DNA from: a virus
Lineage: Duplodnaviria > Caudoviricetes
Length of the DNA: 62,795 bases
Virus record (IMG/VR): IMGVR_UViG_3300027754_000091
Coordinates: 1 to 62,795 of that record
Strand: one strand, 5' to 3'
Below the pieces are notes generated by a model. That model saw nothing but the letters and a program-made list of their open reading frames with translations, was not told where the DNA came from and did no database searches. Below, in pieces: positions 58,201 to 62,795 of the stretch (positions are counted from its first letter, which is position 1; every line of letters begins with the position of its first letter). The translations under genes were made by a program, and so were the position numbers.

Positions 58201-58504
58201 AATCTACAGCAGCAGTTAATGCTTGCTTTAGAGAAGATGTAAAAGTGATGATAGCTCCAGCAGTAAGTGTAAAAGCGACAAATCTTTTAGCAGCTAAACC
58301 TGACTGTCTACCAAATTGTTCCATAGCAGTACTAGCTTCTGCTGCTTGCACTTTAATATATCTTAAATTATCTGCATCATTTTTTGGTATACCCAAAGAT
58401 ACTGCACCAACATCTTTCAATTGACTATTGATAGTGTTAGCAGCATTTTTTAAAGATGCCGTATTTAATGCTACACTCAACTGTGCCGTTAAATTAAAAG
58501 CCAT
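43223..58504 (-). CDS. Giant tape measure protein (5093 aa) with TP901-type core and embedded cargo domains
   Basis: N-terminal AVDFDREMIRL...YGVSSKDL...ESAESIGTGLRTIFTR core; long Ala/Gln/Lys helical tracts; glycine-zipper hydrophobic segments; position downstream of the tube and chaperone genes. Confidence 0.9.
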   Translation of the reverse strand: MAFNLTAQLSVALNTASLKNAANTINSQLKDVGAVSLGIPKNDADNLRYIKVQAAEASTAMEQFGRQSGLAAKRFVAFTLTAGAIITFTSSLKQALTAAVDFDREMIRLTQVSTDSVGQVGAVGNEVTRLSKNYGVSSKDLLTTAVTLKQANLSLADTKVALEALAQAALAPSFDNLKDTTEGAIAVMNQFGISAKDLGNALGSINAVAAEFAVEAQDLIEGVRKAGGAFKAAGGDLNEFLALFTSIRQTTRESAESIGTGLRTIFTRVQRNETVEALKDIGVQLRYTADEAKAAGDLGLANQFVGPYEAVKRLSGALNELRSTDPRFSAIIEELGGYRQISKVIPLIQEFGVAQKALGVAQIGGASLALNAAQAQEAFGVKIQKVKEEFADFIRNLTNTSSFKSLIDLLLGAASAGIALADSLKGVLPVITAIAAVKTVQSLTGFAKGFGSTAFAPAPANQPSTFSPFLPTGTRRASGGIIKMAKGGVVPGVGRGDKVPALLEPGELVIPRSRFGSGGSIEATQFISKELLLKLFDSSKTPKDSDYRSGNLINPTDKINYNIISFPLEDKKSASLKGIAAQGNSFESFAAQQLGAPRTKPGYPVDLIGKGNFPYEVKNVGEAVSDAELVDKLARYKMRIGNKKSFSNTIESDTINLGDIGVVYNTAKFKEGEYEKIVKANNYAQGDPKLANLENQESKLNKKANDALRKPKALGGLVPGVGNTDSVPLDLPIGSYVIKKSSVNSIGASNLSRLGRASGGVIPSLVMPGEYIYNPDETKQIGVSNLDHMNTTGRKKFASGGYGTLTREEIVNAKQVERQLRIPTNKAEKRQNRQEAIAVAEDITNTSKQVKALEPLYKQQANKVAQGQKNEENINARRADILKTMEERKGILKDVKAKEQEERDIQSRHISNAKAKEQEIRGLETQKRGVAVGSREEKAIDKKIQSATRVKTNYENLAANKQASIDAAASTTAEAQKNVGQSVDNLKQVNQSAARNKAFVNQAQKDLEKTGSEINALKNKYKDNPDGNITKDGKVITSTYGDGYKKEIRKELANYKALYGEEATGGTRKEIRENTAQRLKAGYFNQIKSFSEAKGLEFDEKFANKQAQQMARETVAGRRKFEVSDKGEFYDPVLAKRLQKEGYSDTGKKGLFRKGSDFLKNTFSRDNLQNNIFAASTGLGMIGGSFDLSDAKAKEAVANKNEGSYKAGAATSGALTGAAAGAAVGSFLGPLGIAAGFVIGGLTGLSTGLRDAAKQIADIKLEQAGTQLKNAFAVAATSFNKISATNLKEVTDLQDKIDASIDEKVKSSSSFFSFTSRAEQQATFGKAERRTQYAGQASGINSLLSKQIEEEIKPTITLDVKTNTFKAQDDQKFDLNKFFEDSANSSQLAKLSIGLDQPIEKLKKQFETFAKDFEKQQISIKNQTLAIKSTEQLNIAFSLLANASSNAASTLNNLSPAFQTITDALSSNFSIGQKRKISTDVQSSFLNPSAFAENLKDVSSGLGSSGANFQKSGNIVANISSLLPDILANINPNDIKGGKDPQTVLRGVLTQELKNRGFDPSQTIAYVNSIVGKMGEDFNKMLNESGGDYGEFAKKIMSGVSEPFLKAYQKIAEDLEKASDTYVAGINKLAQETIKTVQEFDKLSKIQQQTRTFSKNIDIEKEINKQKKANPLGARFGEIKEGQIGLDMTNISDQTKAFAEQQARLTGLNNGNQLDPQQIQDRINQNRINTEAAEAKRKNARFTAGANGRGQDTDATNELGRLKVEASLLNQAMRNLADSTEEVSAIEQRVGKIRQEIANEEQDNARKQSETENKGEKLLTSSPEQLQRLQAGSQLTSIAKELGGNLLRFNVEQRKAIFEYLDFSGEEGKKLKSEFLQASGFVSKPETKAQDKYGPQLLQLNAQLFAVMAVREQAQLLIIQDQQTLQGQFFAQLTLQNEQFFTRLSAELSRTQIAQQEQSIRTNDAKIKDLQSIAPSAKGMANFVTQESYTKYVAPNSKDITTFLSSVEKQKNLEAKATDFAKTKDEQGNYQANVIAANSVNQDDSLNVGRLLNQLAQNKNLAGLDINAIAAKVQSYGDASGKFKPGRLVQAIDYAVEQQFIPMQSKEVQTQVGLSDKLGLIRRSDKNGFSFENNPNAQGDQINLGSFVKDLLQQNVTSSVFSKAVDDIQRLGGFIGSAFLQQIRDLQAQSNIAADTVQNLNVQLNLLNAPRNLVAPVNPLAPRAGGKSTGGMVTHASAMVGADPTVFKPIGPDTIPTMLNHGEYVVNAKATSENLPLLQALNGGGTVKPTKAMNAGGAVKYLADGAFVDPAAALAAPLNVNRIEAQRIAKMQREQNIAIAVLTKFGNLRGSWRRNALNNSLRIMQGDDNLTNIPYRDGSLPISAVVSKQNIAPWSMITNISDTGLNIQNLNPQKLDKINRMAIGGQIYAMPLAIKQVPYQQILDATEDYLRANRNAMLQGAQAIDPVDNDGNSRAYYERRANLKPYFEDLLMAGSPPDITTIGGGYFERVYGLKDVKNIKVMGFSKGGQADRKTPAMVQSGEFIIGADKAKKNKGLLDYMNSGGKVSYLNLGGEPDDFIRNSFNPGVEKLKRTLRHTGELKFLLEPQREDPSLPELSFKDKTAKYLGERKSNQFQRYLEYQKRLEELSRLADSQIVGSPNNEEKIKIKNLLNEPQNIRLGSEIELFPRMYNRGFKENKTGTGASGSYSPLDNVAATFPGPDPIENIAVAKHERFHAVTNNSQSSKSPLNNSIFGSLNTDKYLDLTDKGKTTFGYEASAVYGMGSDPADKLKRLTEFSSSSKEAKNYQSEAHRNIALAIKDDKPLPVSGILEYAGQGREMDLLNEAQRRASEYQPKTTSILQKSLSANQQTSTDKGIIQKDRPSLLDRPLYGDEDHLWGALKKDEKPTHRFSEAQQEQVKIQKFLDNTFNPGYPALKEALQNTGTLRFKEPTLKAGDPTPFMDKYNKNNVDFDPMVSQKAFLTKQNYDPYENRNFFLAESEKYLGTRKAKRFERYLNLQDRLGDANLIEELEVQNRRKIRGPMQGPPLKGDTGPKETILTTFETGYQEVQNNQYSEDIIKLEKRLSEQPSNKRIANAIAAFKDKVISQQTQINTFGDANEFPNLATTYSRRSNSRTGEVETGFHEFGHRVQSAAQNPLSPIHNSLFGAIDMSRYGQGYGVDTMLAELQSNDLERGFSANPKLINGKAPSPGDTLKRPPSTSTLSVLDHAKDFGLAETYNSSYHRDVASAISGKKPIELNSIFGKPEFANKGYEQALLEEFIMRTYPNDPEIGKNKIAELDMFGPQPKAKISQLYEPWTKEAIARTAQEKFQFEPKPKSKPGLGKAFLKTVGLGGLAGLAASLSAGNANADIDLGRTPEPTKEIDAGQATTYTGTALLAAAGVGVAGTLAYQKLRGKKASALGIGLGIASSLFGGNVNAEEKPIGKNTPQPTKDMDAGQTLTYVLAGLGLATVGGLTTIGLQKGYNSLFGQKKDGEVGVEDPKKTGVIEDPKKIVGDAPKKAGFFEKINKMIGGGIDITNIPGEMKEALQGKNTLTPSEEIETATLNKKQLEKYTSLDADGRNNFLIQRGIRQKPPETIDPSAKIKEILSSLTRSEQILYDDLSKVEQDNFIKNRLNTQKVVPTVSASTQGTTKDGLADFKTRLDNIVELSKGKKPGDKTVDNAIYDEIANMYKRSINPTKIPAEKDAPLLKSIIGSTIGENPKFSDPLNAFDKYIEINPELSKLKSVNDIRSIIRTKTVKESSTLSERIKAFAKDEGGYLDLDKVEEVAKQVKRWLNNASQIKKVSAGKPSRAAHKFASITNLAEMSLPFLVDPISNYMNDYSIAEIKSGLGETATGIGESLPMMAAIMAASSASPLLAAGVGITFLGDTSNALQDLGDAFSSDKSSAGKQEKVIAKYGGVFPGVQQLFDKQAVDGLNGKADTTLAGDITNVVGTTAAGAGAGAAFGLPGIAIGATAGLLIASYKIYQNAQAASFKKAEMQKVRDLRKNLQGRYDKRGQGNFSPDFFDKYDSKDYVNFALNKPQTYFNNFSDEIESYGIYSDPDFKNLKSNKYLNQYPFSAVPDAVLAEKLESDKKGSIEAFMSEISELQKGTADQKSLQAVRDRYSANYSTAFLDGKTKNESVLDSDKADVFSKLFINKDTNVSSLKDKILNDRKNESRIAEIASRLGIVPEKELSEYDFGILKEQYEIENEKINLNEADNRTRINEKLGMLEQEKIVEILKSLKVENGFVQKYRSPEYINTKSNQVSKLKNEYDLIGKKFEIPPSYKELSNTSTTQDINKNKNENENQEYIKKLKEEMETDLFGGVYKERTTVEDLKSYIDLMIVANKELFYQDSNSGFSNAEGRPISNYEGIIPQRIKNTNRIDFKNINKSLANSGRNKEIVQAFYGNKLFDNKDQDILSYINKGFEGDVLDETDFYNFDGNKIRKELNLPKLSELSSKDILEYFSKNKDIGYSWNGQKQPLALASGGIVPSSAPNPDPSFFKAKGSDTVPAILSPGEYVVNARATSANLPLLQNLNSGGAVKYLYRGGNLTAINPFYAAYSRQSPGRGYISSGPMYDNPMDQRADQGTGYYDPASGGRYRPTRYERQRTDFDIGTEGYLASRVFNPRVNANTLGNLANYRADRSGFLNKKYRSYTYATEYGPKHSKEFGGSGSGYTSFSSRSPIPDYVGGLNALSDSPYGSAKMAGAAKFAEEDAAFNDILNNKEISRAPITGYRTSAVGSRYISGLIGGPPNHGDNGQNYDKVSLKDYINELGFSKAGNQSFQGVSANKALASGTLADAPGSNVSIAQQAISKLQKDGLGSLSVNNTDVAATKALDTIKNARMSQNNQPYQQINPPRPTPNPYYQLANVQRNRVQGNSVFGSGPSYFRGFANGGSSTDTQPAMLTPGEFVVSKPAVDRVGTAFLDKVNNYAKGGKVGYYQDGTGGSGGGSSSANLDLTTLKAGFASIQDVAASVASGASLLGSNLAQTAGTITSSISLIDKVAAMMNSSSASMYSSSLAFERAVNNLTSALSLIPKTITLAIAPLSLNVNFNTPSVLTAIQQSLSGITTNVAGMIDSAIRGNNNDQMRA

Positions 58505-58518
58505 TTTTTCACCCCAAT

Positions 58519-58564
58519 AAAAAAGGGCAGGGAATAAGCGTAAATGTACGATTACTCACTACCC
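58519..58564 (-). terminator. Long hairpin plus U6 directly upstream of the TMP start
   Basis: Minus strand GGGTAG.GAGTAA.CGTA-CATT-TACG.TTATTC.CTGCCC followed by TTTTTT. Confidence 0.7.
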
Positions 58565-58587
58565 ATCTTTGAAGATACTGTCCGTTA

Positions 58588-59463
58588 TTACTTACTTTCG
58601 ACAGGCTCAACTGTTTGAACCTTTTCAACTGTCTCGACTTTTTCGACTTTCTCAACTTTTTCGGCAAGTGGCTTGCCTTCGTCATCCAAGAATGGAGTAA
58701 ATTCAACAATATACTCCCCTTTTTCATCAACCAGATTGCCATGAATATCAATTAGTTCATCTTTTTCATTGATATATCTGCCATCTTTGTTGACTAATCT
58801 TCCTTCGGAATCAACCCTGTGGCCACTTTTATTAACAAAATTCAAGTCTTGATCTACAAACTTATACTTCTTAAGAAATTCATTCTCTGGAAGCTTTTTT
58901 TCATAGTCTGGATCAAGGTTATACAGCATCAACGCTAGGTTACTTGCTGCTGGATTAGTTACTGGGTCATCATCCCTATTTAGATAATCTTCATAATTAG
59001 CATAATAAGTTTTACCCGTATCTGAATACACCGTACAAGCACTAACCCAGTAGTTGAATTGAGCATTATCTGCTTGACCTTCAGCAGTATTTGAATCTAA
59101 CGAAGAACGCTCAGATGTAAGCGACCTAAGTTCAGCCCTGTCCTTCTTCATTTGGAGTGCTAAGTCCTTTGCCTCAGACAGTTTAATACCGCCAGACTTG
59201 ATCTTTCTTTCATTAGAATTAATTTTTTCAACTAGTTTTTTATACTGAGCTTCCTTACTATCATCCCACAAGTTCTGCTCTCGCATAACATTGTTGACTT
59301 TAGCACGAAGGATAGCACCTGATTCGACTGCATCCCGAAATGCCTTATTGTATGTCTTCTGCCCCTCTTGTCGTTGTTTGACATTAGGGCGAATTACGCA
59401 CAATTCCATCTCTTTGCTATCAAGAGTTACCTTAAAAACCTTCTTGTTATCGTTGACACTCAT
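58588..59463 (-). CDS. Probable tail assembly chaperone
   Basis: Helical charged protein immediately before TMP; short DxxG-like repeats and a KVE repeat tail. Confidence 0.45.
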   Translation of the reverse strand: MSVNDNKKVFKVTLDSKEMELCVIRPNVKQRQEGQKTYNKAFRDAVESGAILRAKVNNVMREQNLWDDSKEAQYKKLVEKINSNERKIKSGGIKLSEAKDLALQMKKDRAELRSLTSERSSLDSNTAEGQADNAQFNYWVSACTVYSDTGKTYYANYEDYLNRDDDPVTNPAASNLALMLYNLDPDYEKKLPENEFLKKYKFVDQDLNFVNKSGHRVDSEGRLVNKDGRYINEKDELIDIHGNLVDEKGEYIVEFTPFLDDEGKPLAEKVEKVEKVETVEKVQTVEPVESK

Positions 59464-59830
59464 CTTTGTCCTCCTTTGTTTTTAGAAAAGTCTGGTGTCT
59501 ATTCCAAGAAATCAAATACTGGCCCATCTCATTTTCTACTGCTCTTATTTGATGATTGCCGTTATTGAGTACTGCCGTTCTACATTCTTCCCATAATTGC
59601 TTCCATTCTAACTGTTCATCTGTCAGTTCACTTTCTGACAAACGATGCCCCCAAAGCTCTCCAAAATTTTGCTCAAAAGAAGATAACGCACCAATAAAGG
59701 CAGTCCTAACTTTTGTGCTAGTGATTTTGAAAAGTCTAGCCCTTGAATCTGATTGATATTTTTTTTTGCCCTTTTCATTTTCCTCCTGACTTAATCTTAA
59801 CGCATCCTGCATTTGCTTTTCAAGATCCAT
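59447..59830 (-). CDS. Hypothetical protein in tail module
   Basis: 127-aa helical coupled ORF. Confidence 0.55.
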   Translation of the reverse strand: MDLEKQMQDALRLSQEENEKGKKKYQSDSRARLFKITSTKVRTAFIGALSSFEQNFGELWGHRLSESELTDEQLEWKQLWEECRTAVLNNGNHQIRAVENEMGQYLISWNRHQTFLKTKEDKDECQR

Positions 59831-59832
59831 TT

Positions 59833-60879
59833 TTATCTCCTTAATTTATTAGATTGCATCTGTAAATCAAGTTTTGTATCTGGCATGTCTGCTTCGTTTA
59901 TAAAACCCTTTTGTTGAATCATTTTCAATCTTTGCCTTTTTATATTTTTTGCATTATCGTCATTCAATGAATCAATTCTTTCCCGATCACTTTTCGATTG
60001 CCCTATAACAAAAACTTCCCCGCTATTCTTAATCTTATCATTAGATATCAGGTCTTCTACTTGTAATTTTGTTTGACTTTTCTGTCTTTCTTTTCTTTGC
60101 ACAATCATCCACCCATCTATCAAGTCATCATCGTCAACTATTTCTTGCTGTGGACAATTTGGGTGTTCATAAATATTATCATACATACTGGACCAAATCA
60201 CCAAAGATTTTTGATCTTCTGTTAAATCTACGGTTGGAACGCCAAAAACTTCTCGTTCACACTTCTTGCAAGACCAAGTAGATCTCCAAGGCTCTGTTCT
60301 AGCCATCTCTCTAAATTCTTCTTCGTTTATTCTACTGTCTATAAAAATTGTTGTGACTTCTTCTAGTAGAGGTTCTACATTTTTCCAAAAGTCTTCATTT
60401 TCCCAAACCCTAGTGCCATCTTCGTGATATAGGCTTTTACCAACCAGATAACGAATCCTCATCATTGAAGCTGTTCCAGAACATGATAAATGATTGTATG
60501 AATTCTTTTGTTGCAATAACTCAGAGAGTTTTTCTTTTGCCATAATTAGGAATTTTCTAAGCACTTTTCTTTCTTCAGATTTGAAAGCTGCTTGAAAAAG
60601 TTTTACCTTATAATCTTCTATATCTTGTTGGACTTGTTTTAAATCGTTTTCTTTTTCTTCAGACCAAATTGAGTTTTCATATAAAAATTCTTTTATTTCT
60701 TTGTCATTATATAATCCATCTAATTCAGCATCCCTCAATGCTTCTAAAAATATCTCTTGTGCGATATGTCTTGTGTGACGATCTGGTTGTTTTATTAGAT
60801 AAACTTTTTCGTTTACTTTGCAACGAAAAAATCCAGAAATGATTCTACTAATGTAGAGTTCCTTTATTGCCTGTTCCAT
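59833..60879 (-). CDS. Probable tail assembly chaperone
   Basis: Helical acidic protein between tube and TMP (ARTEPWRSTW, YDNIYEHPNCP, DDDLIDGW). Confidence 0.45.
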   Translation of the reverse strand: MEQAIKELYISRIISGFFRCKVNEKVYLIKQPDRHTRHIAQEIFLEALRDAELDGLYNDKEIKEFLYENSIWSEEKENDLKQVQQDIEDYKVKLFQAAFKSEERKVLRKFLIMAKEKLSELLQQKNSYNHLSCSGTASMMRIRYLVGKSLYHEDGTRVWENEDFWKNVEPLLEEVTTIFIDSRINEEEFREMARTEPWRSTWSCKKCEREVFGVPTVDLTEDQKSLVIWSSMYDNIYEHPNCPQQEIVDDDDLIDGWMIVQRKERQKSQTKLQVEDLISNDKIKNSGEVFVIGQSKSDRERIDSLNDDNAKNIKRQRLKMIQQKGFINEADMPDTKLDLQMQSNKLRR

Positions 60880-60900
60880 CCAATGTTCCTAAATTTAAAG

Positions 60901-60925
60901 GAGTCGCAAGGGTTAGTTGCGACTC
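60901..60925 (-). terminator. Hairpin after the tail tube gene
   Basis: Perfect 9-bp inverted repeat GAGTCGCAA-N7-TTGCGACTC, followed on the minus strand by CTTTAAATTT. Confidence 0.65.
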
Positions 60926-60950
60926 GTTTATTAAAATCAAAAAACCATTT

Positions 60951-62039
60951 TTATGGTCTAAGAGCAGCATTAGGATCTTGACTATGTTGCACATTAAAAT
61001 CATTAAAGGTCTGGAAGCTATAAGTAGTAGTAGCGTTACCACCGTCAGTTCCACCACCTTGATAATTTGCAGATTGCAACTTGTTCTTAGTACCAAGATT
61101 AATAATTGTACCTTCGGTTAAAACCAATTTAATGGTTTCATTACTAAGATTGTTACCATTTCCAAGAGTTCCTGCTTCAGTTGCACCAATTTGATCGCCA
61201 TTCTTAGTTAGAACTGCCAATTCGCAAGTAACTGCTACTGGAAATTTAACATAACGGAAATATGGTGCTTTTCGACCAAGTTCAAGAATCTGTTCACGAC
61301 CAAGATTAGCAGAGGTCGAAAAAGATTGGAAAGATGTTTTATAACAGTTGAGAACAGTATCCAAAGTATTTTTACCTGATCCATTAATACCATCGATACA
61401 CTTTGGAAATATTGATTCAACCATATCGACATGCTGTCTGCGAGCAATACCAGAGGCAATTTGACCAGCATTAGCAGTATCTAGATATGGATCAGCATCC
61501 CAAGTACTGCCTGGATTAGCACCTGTTCCAGGAACATCTTGTGGTTGGAAATCAGCGGTCCAAGTAGTGCCAGTTGACCAAGTTTTATTATTAGCAACCA
61601 AAGTTACTGATTCAGTAGCATTTCCATCTACTGCGACCTTGTAGCTAACTTGGCTAACAAAACAACCAGAGATAAAGCAAGTTGTGTTTGGTGTTCCAGA
61701 AGCAGCTTCAAAAGTATCATTAACAATAGAAAGTGCTAGGCCAGCTTTTGCATTAGATCTACCAACAAGGGTAGAAGTGCTAGAACCACCACTAGTAGCA
61801 AGATGATAAATCAGTGGGAAACCATCGAGAACTTTTTCAAGAGTTACTTCGACATCTGGAATATTTTCGATGTTTTCATAAATTGAAATCATACCAATTT
61901 CAAAAACCTGTTCAAGATTAAAGGTGGTATTAATACCAACACTTTGTAAACCACGAATTTCAGTAACATCAGCAACTGCAACACCGTCATTACCAATGCC
62001 TACAGCTTGGCAAGCATAAAAAATTCTTCTATTTGACAT
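60951..62039 (-). CDS. Major tail tube protein, internally duplicated
   Basis: Start MSNRRIFY with AGGAG RBS; two tube-like motifs LEQVFEIG and REQILELG; flanked by a putative promoter and a hairpin; canonical position. Confidence 0.7.
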   Translation of the reverse strand: MSNRRIFYACQAVGIGNDGVAVADVTEIRGLQSVGINTTFNLEQVFEIGMISIYENIENIPDVEVTLEKVLDGFPLIYHLATSGGSSTSTLVGRSNAKAGLALSIVNDTFEAASGTPNTTCFISGCFVSQVSYKVAVDGNATESVTLVANNKTWSTGTTWTADFQPQDVPGTGANPGSTWDADPYLDTANAGQIASGIARRQHVDMVESIFPKCIDGINGSGKNTLDTVLNCYKTSFQSFSTSANLGREQILELGRKAPYFRYVKFPVAVTCELAVLTKNGDQIGATEAGTLGNGNNLSNETIKLVLTEGTIINLGTKNKLQSANYQGGGTDGGNATTTYSFQTFNDFNVQHSQDPNAALRP

Positions 62040-62094
62040 TTCTTTTCTCCTAAGTATATTGTCTATCCAAACAAGACTGCCCCTCACCTAAGAA

Positions 62095-62101
62095 ATACAC
62101 C
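62095..62101 (-). promoter_or_regulatory. GGTGTAT motif upstream of the tail tube gene
   Basis: Intergenic TTGGTGTATTTCTTAG, 55 nt before the start codon. Confidence 0.35.
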
Positions 62102-62105
62102 AAAA

Positions 62106-62795
62106 TCATAAAGAATCTATTGAGAAAGTAACTCTAATGGTCGCTGCAAACATTGGTGGAGCAGTAATTTGCTCCTGAGATCTGATTTTATCCCAAGAAA
62201 CAGGCTGTAAACTGTATCCAGTAGTCAACATTTGATCATATGTTATGCCAGAAGGTGCTATATTGCCCTCAAAATTAAGAGGATATTTATTATCTGACAA
62301 CAATTTTTTCTTATTTATTAAAGATATTCTTTTTTGATACTGATTTACAATTATGTCATGTATCTGTTTTCTATCCCAAGGTGTTTCCGCTATAACATGC
62401 ATGAAAACATCTTGATAATGAGTCCTATTTATAGATCCAAGTTCATATGGCTTCATATTTACTGCTGGTAATGACTCTAAAACAACCGCAGGAAGCTGAA
62501 CCCTATTCATTGCCAATATATCCCAAGTTCCAGAACCCTTTTGAGAAAATTGAACATCATCTCCACGAAAAGTATTGAATTGTACAGACTGAAACCAATT
62601 GGTGTCTGATGATGCAACCCTAACATTTCTATATGAATGAGCACATTTAACAACTGAAGTTGCTGGTAATGCTGTATTAAAAACTATTTTACCTTCTGGA
62701 TAATTTATTTTAAAACCAGATGGGCCAGTAGTAGTGTTTGAATAAAAGTTGTTCCCTACAAAAACACCACTAATAGATATTGGCTGAGTTGTATA
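62106..62795 (-). CDS. Tail terminator/completion-like protein, 5' truncated by window edge
   Basis: Frame is open to base 62795; RVQLPAVVLE...YELGS...QDVFMHVIAE pattern; upstream of the tube gene. Confidence 0.55.
   Translation of the reverse strand, partial: YTTQPISISGVFVGNNFYSNTTTGPSGFKINYPEGKIVFNTALPATSVVKCAHSYRNVRVASSDTNWFQSVQFNTFRGDDVQFSQKGSGTWDILAMNRVQLPAVVLESLPAVNMKPYELGSINRTHYQDVFMHVIAETPWDRKQIHDIIVNQYQKRISLINKKKLLSDNKYPLNFEGNIAPSGITYDQMLTTGYSLQPVSWDKIRSQEQITAPPMFAATIRVTFSIDSL

Larger units (their letters stand above)
1..62795. other. Segment of a large tailed dsDNA phage genome; replication arm on +, tail morphogenesis arm on -
   Basis: Tightly coupled ORFs (many TAATG/ATGA overlaps), phage-type replication set (NrdJ, RecA, DnaB, DnaG, DnaE, SSB, PhoH), tape measure and tail tube genes, one strand switch near 32 kb, no host housekeeping operons. 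Confidence 0.93.

Noticed and set aside
58509-61096. Programmed frameshift tail chaperone (lambda G/GT type) via ORFs 58509-58751 or 60848-61096
   Set aside because: These alternative-frame ORFs have atypical composition and run through terminator hairpins; I found no convincing slippery site linking them to the upstream genes
1-62795. Alternative genetic code (stop-codon reassignment)
   Set aside because: Long ORFs tile both arms under the standard code, and TAA, TAG (dnaE-C) and TGA (ATGA overlaps) all act as stops

Overview
This window is an AT-rich, gene-dense segment of a large tailed dsDNA bacteriophage read with the standard genetic code. It has two convergent arms that meet at about 32.0 kb. 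The plus arm (1-32 kb) holds nucleotide metabolism and replication/recombination genes: class II ribonucleotide reductase, RecA interrupted by a Glu-initiated class 3 intein, DnaB, DnaG, dNMP kinase, a Cas4-like nuclease, a NUDIX hydrolase and SSB. It also holds a DnaE polymerase split into two intein-less genes that flank a DEDDh proofreading exonuclease, plus PhoH and more than ten glycosyltransferase or sugar-enzyme-like genes, several with degenerate active sites. The minus arm (32-62.8 kb) is a tail module with no sheath gene visible: a tail terminator-like gene, an internally duplicated tail tube protein, probable chaperones, a 5093-aa tape measure protein (TMP), two paralogous tail-tip proteins, a LamG/Ig/beta-repeat protein and Cys-rich proteins, one with mucin-like Thr tracts. 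The best candidate for an undescribed system is the giant TMP. It reads like a polyprotein: seven copies of an AxGG...GE[YF]V module bracket cargo domains (a PD-(D/E)xK nuclease-like domain and two tandem HExxH metallopeptidase-like domains), and it contains internal signal-peptide-like segments. All assignments come from motifs recognised by eye; no database searches or folding programs were run.
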